Below, in pieces: positions 20,413 through 28,971 of a stretch of 64,000 nt of DNA. Source of the stretch: an uncultured Candidatus Saccharibacteria bacterium (GTDB lineage Bacteria; Patescibacteriota; Minisyncoccia; Phycocordibacterales; PALSA-1337). The notes below the pieces were generated by a model. It was given only the letters and a program-made list of their open reading frames with translations, did not search any database and was not told the DNA's origin. The translations under genes were made by a program, and so were the position numbers. Numbering within the stretch: position 1 is the first letter of the stretch; each line of letters starts with the position of its first letter. The stretch covers positions 3,109 through 67,108 of the forward strand of contig CAYMGJ010000002.1 of NCBI GenBank assembly GCA_964389975.1, in the 5' to 3' direction.

Positions 20413-20838
20413 ATGCAGTCAGACATAATTTCATATCTTAATAGTCAATCAGTTGGAGTTCTTGCTCTTGAGAGAGTAGATGGTGCTCCTCATGGAGCCA
20501 CACTTCACTATGTATATAGCCCATCTTTGAATGCGCTACTTTTTGAAACTCACAAAGACTCTCGTAAGGCAGAGTTATTGATATCAAAGAATACAGCCCG
20601 AGCATCATTTGTTGTGGGAACAGATGAATCAACCAAGATAACACTTCAGATAGATGGGAGTGTTCATATTCTCACTCAAGAAGAAAGGATAATCTTTGAA
20701 CAGGAGTATATTAGAAAGTTTCAGAAAAAAGCTGAGAAGATGAAGAGTGATGCTATTGTCTGTTTCAAGCTTGTTCCTCATTGGTGGAGATTTATCGATT
20801 GGTCATCTTCAGAGGGGAAGAAGGTGTTAACATCTTAA
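20413..20838 (+). CDS. Pyridoxamine 5'-phosphate oxidase-like FMN-binding protein
   Basis: GVLAL...PH, T...SRK and TLQIDG split-barrel pattern. Confidence 0.75.
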   Translation: MQSDIISYLNSQSVGVLALERVDGAPHGATLHYVYSPSLNALLFETHKDSRKAELLISKNTARASFVVGTDESTKITLQIDGSVHILTQEERIIFEQEYIRKFQKKAEKMKSDAIVCFKLVPHWWRFIDWSSSEGKKVLTS

Positions 20839-20864
20839 CCATGTATATTTGATATACTATAGCA

Positions 20865-21029
20865 ATGGACTCAAAACAACTCATATGGATAGGTATGATT
20901 GTTGGATCAGGAATCGGAGGATTTATCCCCGTGTTGTGGGGTGATGGAATGTTCTCCTTCTCTTCAATTATCTTCTCTGCACTTGGTGGCATTCTCGGTA
21001 TTTATGGAGCTTTTAAATTAACACGATAA
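20865..21029 (+). CDS. Small Gly-rich membrane protein (54 aa, not in the ORF track)
   Basis: MDSKQLIWIGMIVGSGIGGFIPVLWGDGMFSFSSIIFSALGGILGIYGAFKLTR*; TATACT-6nt-ATG; stop overlaps the tspO start. Confidence 0.75.
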   Translation: MDSKQLIWIGMIVGSGIGGFIPVLWGDGMFSFSSIIFSALGGILGIYGAFKLTR

Positions 21030-21424
21030 TGCAATCATACTCATGGTATCAATCTTTACTTAAACCAAGTTGGGCACCACCCTCATGGATTTTCGGTCCT
21101 GTATGGACTGTCCTCTATGTACTCATAGCTCTATCGTATGGATATGTGGGGTATCTTTTCTTCACTAAGAGAATACCTTTCATTGTCATTCTTCCATTCA
21201 TTCTCAATATCATTTTTAATGTAATATTTACCCCCATTCAGTTTGGTCTCAAGAATAATATACTCGCAGCAGTCGATATTATATGTGTTCTCGGAACACT
21301 CATATGGGCAGTTATCGCTATATATCCGTATGCACGATGGGTGTCATATATCAATATTCCATATCTTCTCTGGGTTTGTTTTGCAACTGTGTTGCAAGTA
21401 ACCGTTACCTCTATGAATCGATAG
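21029..21424 (+). CDS. tspO: TspO/MBR family tryptophan-rich sensory protein
   Basis: WY..L.KPSWAPP.W.FGPVWT.LY and PYL.WV.FA. Confidence 0.92.
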   Translation: MQSYSWYQSLLKPSWAPPSWIFGPVWTVLYVLIALSYGYVGYLFFTKRIPFIVILPFILNIIFNVIFTPIQFGLKNNILAAVDIICVLGTLIWAVIAIYPYARWVSYINIPYLLWVCFATVLQVTVTSMNR

Positions 21425-21466
21425 AGATTGACTCAAATCTCTTTCACGCTAGTATATAGTTAGACT

Positions 21467-22615
21467 TTGAAAATTAAAGAAAGGTATTCTATGAACATAC
21501 AGCCGCATTCAATTATCGGTTTACCTGGTCATGTAAAAATCGCCACTCTTACAGGTGGTCCGTGTGGTGGTAAGACGGGTGCACTTGCACATCTACGAGA
21601 TCGGTTCTCTTCTCGGGGGTATCGAGTGTTTGTTGCTCCAGAATCTGCAACATCTATTGTGCAACAGGGTATGAGTCGAAATGTGGTGGGAGGTCGCAAG
21701 TTTCAACACCTCATTGTCAGAGATACATTGTTTAGACAATCTGAAATCGTTAATACTGCATGTTCATCTTCCCAGAAAACTCTCATTCTTTTTGATCGAG
21801 GGATTCCTGATGGAAGAGCGTATATTGAAGAGGGGGATTATGTAGACATCCTCACTCATTATGGTCTGACGCATCATCAGGTGTGTCACGAGAATTGTCA
21901 CGGTGTTTTTCATCTTCGTACCACCGCACACGGTGCGGAGAGTTTCTATACCCTGATGAACAATCAGGCTCGTACTGAAACACCCGAACAAGCTCGGGAG
22001 CTTGATGGAAAAACTCTCGATGCATGGAGAGCACACCCTCACGTGAGAGTGTTTGATAACAACACAACGTTTGAGGGGAAGCTTCATCGAGTGTACGCCG
22101 AAATCTGTTCTCTCATCGGTGACCCTCTTCCGCTCGAGTGTGAACGGAAATTTCTCATTTCTGACTTCAGTATTAGGGACATACCTGTGCCATGTGCTGA
22201 AAGTCATATCGTTCAAGACTATCTCGTATCATCTTCGATTCAGAGTGAGATGCGTGTACGTGCACGAACTGACAGGTTTGGAACTTCGTATTATTTCACG
22301 ACAAAAACTCCTATTAGTACAGGAGTTCGTATTGAACAAGATCGACTCATCTCTGGGGCAGAGTACAGGGCACTTCTTGCCTTAAGAAATTTAGAAACAC
22401 ACACAATTAAGAAAAAGAGAATTTGTTTTTTCTATGATGAGCAGTTGTGGGAAATCGATATCTATGGTGATCATCATCGTGGTTTAGTCACCATGGAAAT
22501 CGAACTCTCCGACCGTAATTCACAATTCAAGATTCCTGATTTTTTCAACAGTGTAATCGAAGTTACTGGAAACAAAGAGTATTCGAATGCATGGCTTGCT
22601 GGATTGAGGAATTGA
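21467..22615 (+). CDS. P-loop kinase-like (AAA_28/NadR-type) and CYTH fusion
   Basis: LTGGPCGGKT, PESAT, FDRG; C-terminal ECERKFL...RVR...WEID...EIEL...YSN. Confidence 0.85.
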   Translation: MKIKERYSMNIQPHSIIGLPGHVKIATLTGGPCGGKTGALAHLRDRFSSRGYRVFVAPESATSIVQQGMSRNVVGGRKFQHLIVRDTLFRQSEIVNTACSSSQKTLILFDRGIPDGRAYIEEGDYVDILTHYGLTHHQVCHENCHGVFHLRTTAHGAESFYTLMNNQARTETPEQARELDGKTLDAWRAHPHVRVFDNNTTFEGKLHRVYAEICSLIGDPLPLECERKFLISDFSIRDIPVPCAESHIVQDYLVSSSIQSEMRVRARTDRFGTSYYFTTKTPISTGVRIEQDRLISGAEYRALLALRNLETHTIKKKRICFFYDEQLWEIDIYGDHHRGLVTMEIELSDRNSQFKIPDFFNSVIEVTGNKEYSNAWLAGLRN

Positions 22616-22620
22616 TTCAC

Positions 22621-22658
22621 AGAAGCTCGGGGAGAAAATCCCCCAGCTTCTTTTTTTT
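22621..22658 (+). terminator. Intrinsic terminator
   Basis: AGAAGCTCGGGGA...TCCCCCAGCTTCT followed by a T run. Confidence 0.7.
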
Positions 22659-22685
22659 GTGATAGAATGGTGGGGAATTTTAATT

Positions 22686-23033
22686 ATGAAGACATACACA
22701 ACTATCGATGAGTACATTCTGTCTTTTTCAGATGGGGTACAAAATACATTACAACAATTACGGAAGACAATTCATGCAATCGCTCCTGAAGCCGTAGAAG
22801 ATATTAAGTATGGAATTCCAACTTTTGTACTGAAGGGTAATCTCGTTCATTTTGGCGCCTATGAAAAACATATTGGTTTCTATCCAACTCCATCTGGTGT
22901 CGCTGCATTTAAGAAGGAGATTTTAAATTACAAACATTCAAAGGGTGCTATTCAATTTCCTCTTGATGAACCACTTCCTCTTGATCTCATTCGGAAAATT
23001 GTTGCATTTCGTGTGAAAGAAAATCTAGCTTGA
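22686..23033 (+). CDS. DUF1801 / YdhG-like protein
   Basis: IDEYI...I.YGIPTF...HIGFYP...SKG.IQFP...PLP.DLI. Confidence 0.88.
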   Translation: MKTYTTIDEYILSFSDGVQNTLQQLRKTIHAIAPEAVEDIKYGIPTFVLKGNLVHFGAYEKHIGFYPTPSGVAAFKKEILNYKHSKGAIQFPLDEPLPLDLIRKIVAFRVKENLA

Positions 23034-23061
23034 ATAAAAAAGATAGTATATACTTAATTAC

Positions 23062-23187
23062 ATGGCAAAAAGAAAAAGTGCAATCACAAAATCATCCCGA
23101 TCTCGCAAGACAGCAAAACGACGTGCAATTAAGCATGCGTTTCTAAAAGCAAAAGCTGCAAAGCGCGGTAAGAAGGGAAAGAAATAG
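23062..23187 (+). CDS. Small, highly basic 41-aa protein (not in the ORF track)
   Basis: MAKRKSAITKSSRSRKTAKRRAIKHAFLKAKAAKRGKKGKK*; own TATACT-7nt-ATG promoter and terminator at 23197-23222. Confidence 0.75.
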   Translation: MAKRKSAITKSSRSRKTAKRRAIKHAFLKAKAAKRGKKGKK

Positions 23188-23225
23188 TGTACAAAGAAAA
23201 AACAGTCACGAGACTGTTTTTTCTT

Positions 23226-24482
23226 TTACTGACCCGCAGACATCCCTGCAATATATCCTGTTGTCCAACACAACTGAAGACTATATCCTCCTGATGGTCT
23301 ATCTATGTTGAGAACATCTCCACTTACATAAAGATTATGTATCTTCTTTGATTGCATGGTTTTGAAATCAATCTCATTTAAATCAATTCCTCCAGAAGAT
23401 ACCACTGCTTTATCCGATCCGAGAAGTCCGCTAATTTGAAGTGGAATGCCTTTAAGTGAATCTATGAGCCTCATTCGTTCTTCACGAGTTATACTATTGT
23501 TATTCTTCTCTCCATCAATACGTGCAAAGCCAAGTGATATTTCAACAAGTCGATGGGGAATGAGAGAATCAAGTGAGTTTTTTATCTTCTTCTTGTCATC
23601 TTTTTTAAAGAGTTCTTGTAGTGTTGTATTTAACATTCCATGATCGAGATGGGGTAGAAGATCGATTCTCATCTCCACATCTCCATATTTAAGGAGTTCC
23701 CCAATATCCTTACTCATATTCAATACCGTCGGTCCACTTATCCCAAAATGAGTAAAGAGAATCTTACCCTTATGTGATTCTTGTTTCTGATTGTTTTGAT
23801 ATGTTGTAAGTTTTACATTGGTCAATGCAAGTCCCTTCAAGTTTTTTGCCCATCCATCTCGGGTGGCGAGTGGCACAAGAGCATCATTGGTAGGGATGAC
23901 GGTATGGCCCATATCTTTAAACCAATTAAAACCTTCTCCTGTTGATCCTGTTTCAGGTCGTGATGTTCCTCCTGTTGCTATGATATATTTTTTTCCTCGT
24001 ATAACTTTCTTGTTTTTAAGAACAATACCTTGTATTTCTTGTTTTGTGTGTTCAATACGAAGAACAGGGGAATCGGTAAGTATTTCAACACCTCCTTCTT
24101 TCATATATGATACAAGTACATCCCATACTGATTGAGATGAGTTACTTACGGGAAAAACTCTCTTTTCCGCTTCAACTTTTGTTGGCATACCACGTGAGTT
24201 GAAGAAGGTAAGTGTGTCTTTCACATTAAACTGAGAGAATGCTGAAAAAAGATATTTGTCACTCTCTTTATATTTTTTGAGAAAAACACGGACATCCTCT
24301 TCGGCATTGGTAACATTACAACGTCCACCACCCGTGATGAGGAGCTTCACACCAAGACTAGGATTTTTCTCTATGAGTATGACTTTCCCTTTGCCATGCA
24401 GTGCATGTGCAGCTGTACCCGCCGCCATCATGCCAGCAGGTCCTCCTCCTACAACAACAACATCATATTCAGGGATATCCAT
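23226..24482 (-). CDS. NAD(P)/FAD-dependent oxidoreductase, HI0933/BaiN family
   Basis: GGGPAG, ITGGGRCNVTN, LFTHFGISGP and GGYSLQ. Start set at MDIPEY (TAAAAT-7nt-ATG). Confidence 0.92.
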   Translation of the reverse strand: MDIPEYDVVVVGGGPAGMMAAGTAAHALHGKGKVILIEKNPSLGVKLLITGGGRCNVTNAEEDVRVFLKKYKESDKYLFSAFSQFNVKDTLTFFNSRGMPTKVEAEKRVFPVSNSSQSVWDVLVSYMKEGGVEILTDSPVLRIEHTKQEIQGIVLKNKKVIRGKKYIIATGGTSRPETGSTGEGFNWFKDMGHTVIPTNDALVPLATRDGWAKNLKGLALTNVKLTTYQNNQKQESHKGKILFTHFGISGPTVLNMSKDIGELLKYGDVEMRIDLLPHLDHGMLNTTLQELFKKDDKKKIKNSLDSLIPHRLVEISLGFARIDGEKNNNSITREERMRLIDSLKGIPLQISGLLGSDKAVVSSGGIDLNEIDFKTMQSKKIHNLYVSGDVLNIDRPSGGYSLQLCWTTGYIAGMSAGQ

Positions 24483-24513
24483 ATATCTCATTTTACCATG
24501 AATACGATATACT

Positions 24514-25023
24514 ATGAGTATGAAAAAGGTAATGGTCAATGACATGATGCAAAGTGGGTATGAATATGAGCTCACTGAGCCTATGGGAAAAAACTTTGAT
24601 TCTGAGTTCAATCCTGAACTTACCCCACAAGAGATGCTGGAACTCGGAGTCTTCGGTGGCAAGTATATGACCGATTGCAAAGATGAATTTCCTTCAGATT
24701 GGTTTACTCATGCAAAGCTCTGTCATGAGAAGCATGATGCCCAACTCAATCTCTTTGGTGCCAATGCAAGTCAGCCACTCTCAATATGGAAAGCAAAGGG
24801 ATGGATTTACAAAGATGATCCTCGTGGATGGTTTCAATGGTATTGTCGCTACTATATGGGACGACGTATACCAGAAGAAGATACACGACAAATACAGAGA
24901 TGGAAAGCTATACGAAGACATATTGTGCAGGTGAAAAACAATTGCAGGGAAGGAGATATTTTCTGTAGGGCACGTCAACGTCAGGCGATTCTTCACTGGG
25001 CATATGATAGCAGGAGGATATAG
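24514..25023 (+). CDS. Hypothetical protein
   Basis: LTP.EML.LGVFGGKY, DPRGWFQWYCRYY.GRR and RQAILHWAY look like conserved blocks; function unknown. Confidence 0.75.
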   Translation: MSMKKVMVNDMMQSGYEYELTEPMGKNFDSEFNPELTPQEMLELGVFGGKYMTDCKDEFPSDWFTHAKLCHEKHDAQLNLFGANASQPLSIWKAKGWIYKDDPRGWFQWYCRYYMGRRIPEEDTRQIQRWKAIRRHIVQVKNNCREGDIFCRARQRQAILHWAYDSRRI

Positions 25024-25070
25024 GGGAATGTTGATAAACTGAATATCAAAGGATGCTAATATATACACAT

Positions 25071-28000
25071 ATGCATCCCCGTCAAACAATTCTTGGTCTC
25101 TTTCTCAGTGTTGCTCTCGTATCGGTATTCATATATACAAGTATTAATCTCCTTGAACCATCTCTTGTTCAGCCTACATCTCAGCCTGCAGCAGTTTCAG
25201 ATTTCAACTCATCCCTCATTGCCCACTACACTTTCGATGATGGAACAGCAACTGATGCAACGGGGTCACATGCAGGAACAGTTTCAGGAGCTACAGCAAC
25301 AGAAGGAAAGATTGGTGGAGCACTTGCTTTTGATGGTGCAACTAACTATGTAGATCTTGGTGACATGACTGCAGTGGAAGGGCAAAGTGCTCTTTCAGTA
25401 TCTATGTGGGTAAAGAACAATGCTTCTGCTAATGTTTCAGGAGGGGATACTATGATATCCAAGGAAGGTTCAGGAGCTGATACTCTCTCCTTGTCATGGG
25501 CTCAAAATGAAGACGTATCATTTTGTCTTGTAGGTAGTACATCAGGTGTGAGTTGTGGTGGAGCAGATACCGCAACCGCATCATATGTTGATGGTATTCC
25601 CGAGGGAAGTGGTACTAATTGGAATCACATTGTTGGAGTTCTCGATTCTGGTACAGTTAAAGTATATGTAAATGGTATTCAAGGGGGAGTGGCAGGAACT
25701 CTTTCTTCCCCTACTCAAAACAGTGTTCATTCTCTTAAAATTGGTTCCACATGGGCAGGCTCCATCGACGATGTCCGTATCTACAACAAAGCACTATCTA
25801 CTCAAGAAATTGCAGATCTCTATGCACTTGGTGGAGGAGTGGTAGGTCAAGCACCACCACCTCCCGTTACACCACCAACAGATCCTGCTACCCCTCCTGT
25901 TACACCACCAGTTACCCCACCCACCACTCCTCCTGTACAAGAAGTGAGTGTACGAAGTACTGCTCCATCTCCTGTATCATGGACTCCTCCCATTGGTATT
26001 CCTGAACCTCCATTTGGTATTCGTGAATCTCACTATATGTATCAATTAGGTACCAATGAAACTTGTACTACTACTCCTCACAAATGCTATGACTTCGGCT
26101 CAGGTCTTGAACCATATCGTGATGCTGGTGCTGGGCCATATACTCATTATATTGATCCAAGCTCTCCTTCATGTACCAATACTTCAAATCCCTATGGAAC
26201 GAAGACAAAGCCGAGGTGTGGAATACCTGCTATGACAAGTATTGTTCCTGGGTCTGTTGTTGAATTACATGGAACGTATGACAGGACAAATGCGGGGAAT
26301 CTCTGGACATTCACTGTTCATGGTACTTTAGAGAAACCAATTTTTGTTCGTGGAGAATCTCAGCAAAACAAAGTTGCCATTACAAATATACCTTTACGAG
26401 TCAGATCTTCATATACCATTTTCGAGAATCTCCATATGATAACGGGTAAGGTTGATATTCGTGCTGCAGATGCTGTAGAAAATGTCTCATATGTTTCTCT
26501 ACGACATTCTGATCTTACCAATGAATCGTCAACGGGTGTTAATGGGTATACTAATAACGCTTCAAAGTATGTAGTCTTCTTTGACAACAAGGTGTATACG
26601 GATAACTTTGATCTTAATGGCCCTGAATTTCCTGAACGTGATGTCCATGGAATTGGTTTTGCTGCATACGCAGAAAATGTATGGATTGTGGACAATGATA
26701 TTCGAGGAATGTCAGGTGATGCCATTGGTAATGGTCATGGGGGACAATATACAGTGAAGAATTTCTATATCGGACGAAATCTTCTCCATGATACTGGAGA
26801 AAATGCCGTTGACCTCAAAGAGGTTGAAAACTTTGTTGTGTCTCAAAACAAAATGTATAACTTTAAAGGCCTTTCATCAGGATCTGATGGTGGTGCTGTC
26901 GTTATCCACTACGGGCCAGCTGTTTCTCCCAAGAATGCATGGTTTCTCTTCAATGAGATATATAATGCAACGGATGTCGGAATTCAAGTGGGTGGAGATC
27001 AGGTCTATGATTCATTTTTCATAGGTAATATTGTTCACGATATTCATAATTCATCACTTACTGGTCTTGCATTCACAACGTGGAATAGTTGTACGATGTA
27101 TTTTGTCCATAATGTTTTCTACAACAATGATAACGGAGTGAAGGCCATGAGTTCTGGAGGCTGTACTAAGCTCATTTTTCAAAACAATATTGTATCGAAT
27201 TTCCAGAACCCAAATCCTATGGCATTTTCAATGACAAACAATGCTACTTTCCTCGCTGTCTCAAAGGTATCAAACAATATCTTCTATCAACCAGGAAAGA
27301 CCTTAAATGTAGTTTGTACTGGTTGCCTCGAATCTAACCCTCTCTTCAACAACCCTTCTTCAAATGATTTCTCACTACAATCAGGATCACCTGCAATCAA
27401 TACTGCTGACAATACGATTATGGAAGACCTCGCTTCCCGTTTCTATACATCCTATGGTATTGATATACGTAAAGATTTTCTAGGAAACAATCGAAGAGCA
27501 AATACACCATGGGATATTGGTGCATATGAATATGGAGCAACGGGTGGAACTCAACCACCTCCAGCTGTTGTTGTTCAACCAACAGACACCCTTCCTCCAA
27601 GTCCAGCAGGAATGGCTGTAACAAACATCACTTCAAACAGTGCTACTGTTTCGTGGAATACCTCTGAGGCAGGTACAACCCAAGTTGAATATGGCCTCAC
27701 TACTGCATATGGTAATACTACAACTCGAGTTTCAACATATACAACATCTCACACACAGAATCTCTCAAATCTCCAAGGGAATACCCTCTACCACTATCGT
27801 GTAATATCTCTCGATCAAGCAGGGAATGTAGGTATTTCTCCTGATCAAACCTTCACCACCCTTACCTCAACAGACAATGATGGTGATGGTGTGCTCAATG
27901 CAGTTGATCGATGTCCACTTACACCTTCTTCATTGAGAACTATGGTTAATACCTATGGATGTCCTCTTCCTCGCACTACTCGATTCACTCTTTCTCTTAA

Positions 28001-28916
28001 TCTTGCATCACAAGATCTCATTTCTGTACCCGCATTTGATATTTCCAATACCTATGGAAAAATTAGCTACTCACAAACTTCAAATCCCTACAAACTCATA
28101 CGTAATACTGATGATCAGATTGATATTGATTCAAACCTCACCATTACCAAAGGATTGGTATCACTTGATTCAACACAACTTCCTGAACTCAACAAACGAG
28201 CTACCATTACTCTCTACAATCTCAATATCACGTCACCTCGAATCCTCAAGGATGGAAATGTATGTAGTGGATGTACCTTCATCTCATACACCAATGGAAC
28301 ACTCATATTCTCTGTACCAAGCTTCTCTACCTACAGTGTCATAGATGATTCAGATCCCACCCCAACAACCCATACTGTTTCAGTTACCAAGATGGGTTCA
28401 GGTACCGGTACGGTAACTGGTACAGGCATATCATGTGGAAGTGATTGTTCTGAAACCGTATCATCAAGTATCACTCTCACTGCATCTCCATCATCAGATT
28501 CAACATTCTCTGGATGGTCAGGAGGATACTGTACAGGTACTTCATCATGTACTATCACTCCTTCTTCTGATATCACCATCATAGCTACCTTCGCCTATGT
28601 CCCTACGGTTGCTCTTCCAGAACCTAGTATTTCTCCATCTCCCCGTATTTCCCCCGTTATCACCACTCCTTCTCCTTCCATATCTCCACGAAGTATATCA
28701 ATCACACCTCTTCCTCGTGTATCACCTGTTGTTACTCCTACAAAAACATTGAAACCAGATCTTGTTCTTGAAGATACCACCCCTCTACCTGAATTCTTAG
28801 TACCAACCCTATGGGAGCAATTCATTGCATATATACAGCATGTATATCAAGTATCACTCTCTCTCATTACTACAACATGGATGAGAATATGGGGTGGGGT
28901 TGTTAGTATATTTTAA
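25071..28916 (+). CDS. Large surface protein: N-terminal TM, LamG, Pro linker, right-handed beta-helix, FN3, TSP3-like, InlB-B-like repeat, shared C-terminal tail
   Basis: LamG motifs (FDG..YV, W.HIVGV, IDDVRIYN.AL), Asn-rich beta-helix repeats, DFSLQSGSPAI, DIGAYE, FN3 (WNT...EYG) and DNDGDGV. Confidence 0.85.
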   Translation: MHPRQTILGLFLSVALVSVFIYTSINLLEPSLVQPTSQPAAVSDFNSSLIAHYTFDDGTATDATGSHAGTVSGATATEGKIGGALAFDGATNYVDLGDMTAVEGQSALSVSMWVKNNASANVSGGDTMISKEGSGADTLSLSWAQNEDVSFCLVGSTSGVSCGGADTATASYVDGIPEGSGTNWNHIVGVLDSGTVKVYVNGIQGGVAGTLSSPTQNSVHSLKIGSTWAGSIDDVRIYNKALSTQEIADLYALGGGVVGQAPPPPVTPPTDPATPPVTPPVTPPTTPPVQEVSVRSTAPSPVSWTPPIGIPEPPFGIRESHYMYQLGTNETCTTTPHKCYDFGSGLEPYRDAGAGPYTHYIDPSSPSCTNTSNPYGTKTKPRCGIPAMTSIVPGSVVELHGTYDRTNAGNLWTFTVHGTLEKPIFVRGESQQNKVAITNIPLRVRSSYTIFENLHMITGKVDIRAADAVENVSYVSLRHSDLTNESSTGVNGYTNNASKYVVFFDNKVYTDNFDLNGPEFPERDVHGIGFAAYAENVWIVDNDIRGMSGDAIGNGHGGQYTVKNFYIGRNLLHDTGENAVDLKEVENFVVSQNKMYNFKGLSSGSDGGAVVIHYGPAVSPKNAWFLFNEIYNATDVGIQVGGDQVYDSFFIGNIVHDIHNSSLTGLAFTTWNSCTMYFVHNVFYNNDNGVKAMSSGGCTKLIFQNNIVSNFQNPNPMAFSMTNNATFLAVSKVSNNIFYQPGKTLNVVCTGCLESNPLFNNPSSNDFSLQSGSPAINTADNTIMEDLASRFYTSYGIDIRKDFLGNNRRANTPWDIGAYEYGATGGTQPPPAVVVQPTDTLPPSPAGMAVTNITSNSATVSWNTSEAGTTQVEYGLTTAYGNTTTRVSTYTTSHTQNLSNLQGNTLYHYRVISLDQAGNVGISPDQTFTTLTSTDNDGDGVLNAVDRCPLTPSSLRTMVNTYGCPLPRTTRFTLSLNLASQDLISVPAFDISNTYGKISYSQTSNPYKLIRNTDDQIDIDSNLTITKGLVSLDSTQLPELNKRATITLYNLNITSPRILKDGNVCSGCTFISYTNGTLIFSVPSFSTYSVIDDSDPTPTTHTVSVTKMGSGTGTVTGTGISCGSDCSETVSSSITLTASPSSDSTFSGWSGGYCTGTSSCTITPSSDITIIATFAYVPTVALPEPSISPSPRISPVITTPSPSISPRSISITPLPRVSPVVTPTKTLKPDLVLEDTTPLPEFLVPTLWEQFIAYIQHVYQVSLSLITTTWMRIWGGVVSIF
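28089..28565 (+). repeat. 477-bp direct repeat, copy 1 (matches 34174-34650)
   Basis: No mismatch found by eye; offset 6085 bp. Confidence 0.9.
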
Positions 28917-28971
28917 TGATTGATTTCCCCAACCTCTTTGTGATTGATGTGGGGTATAATAGAGGGGTACT

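Noticed and set aside
15595-23200. attR copy of the tRNA-Gln 3' end, or a prophage
   Set aside because: No duplicate of AAGTCCGGCAGCCA was found, and there are no phage structural genes.
24483-24680. N-terminal extension of the flavoprotein ORF (likewise 42344-42481, 39153-39299, 55773-55862, 56380-56472 and 60600-60674)
   Set aside because: These extensions mostly overlap neighbouring genes or promoters, and better starts lie downstream.
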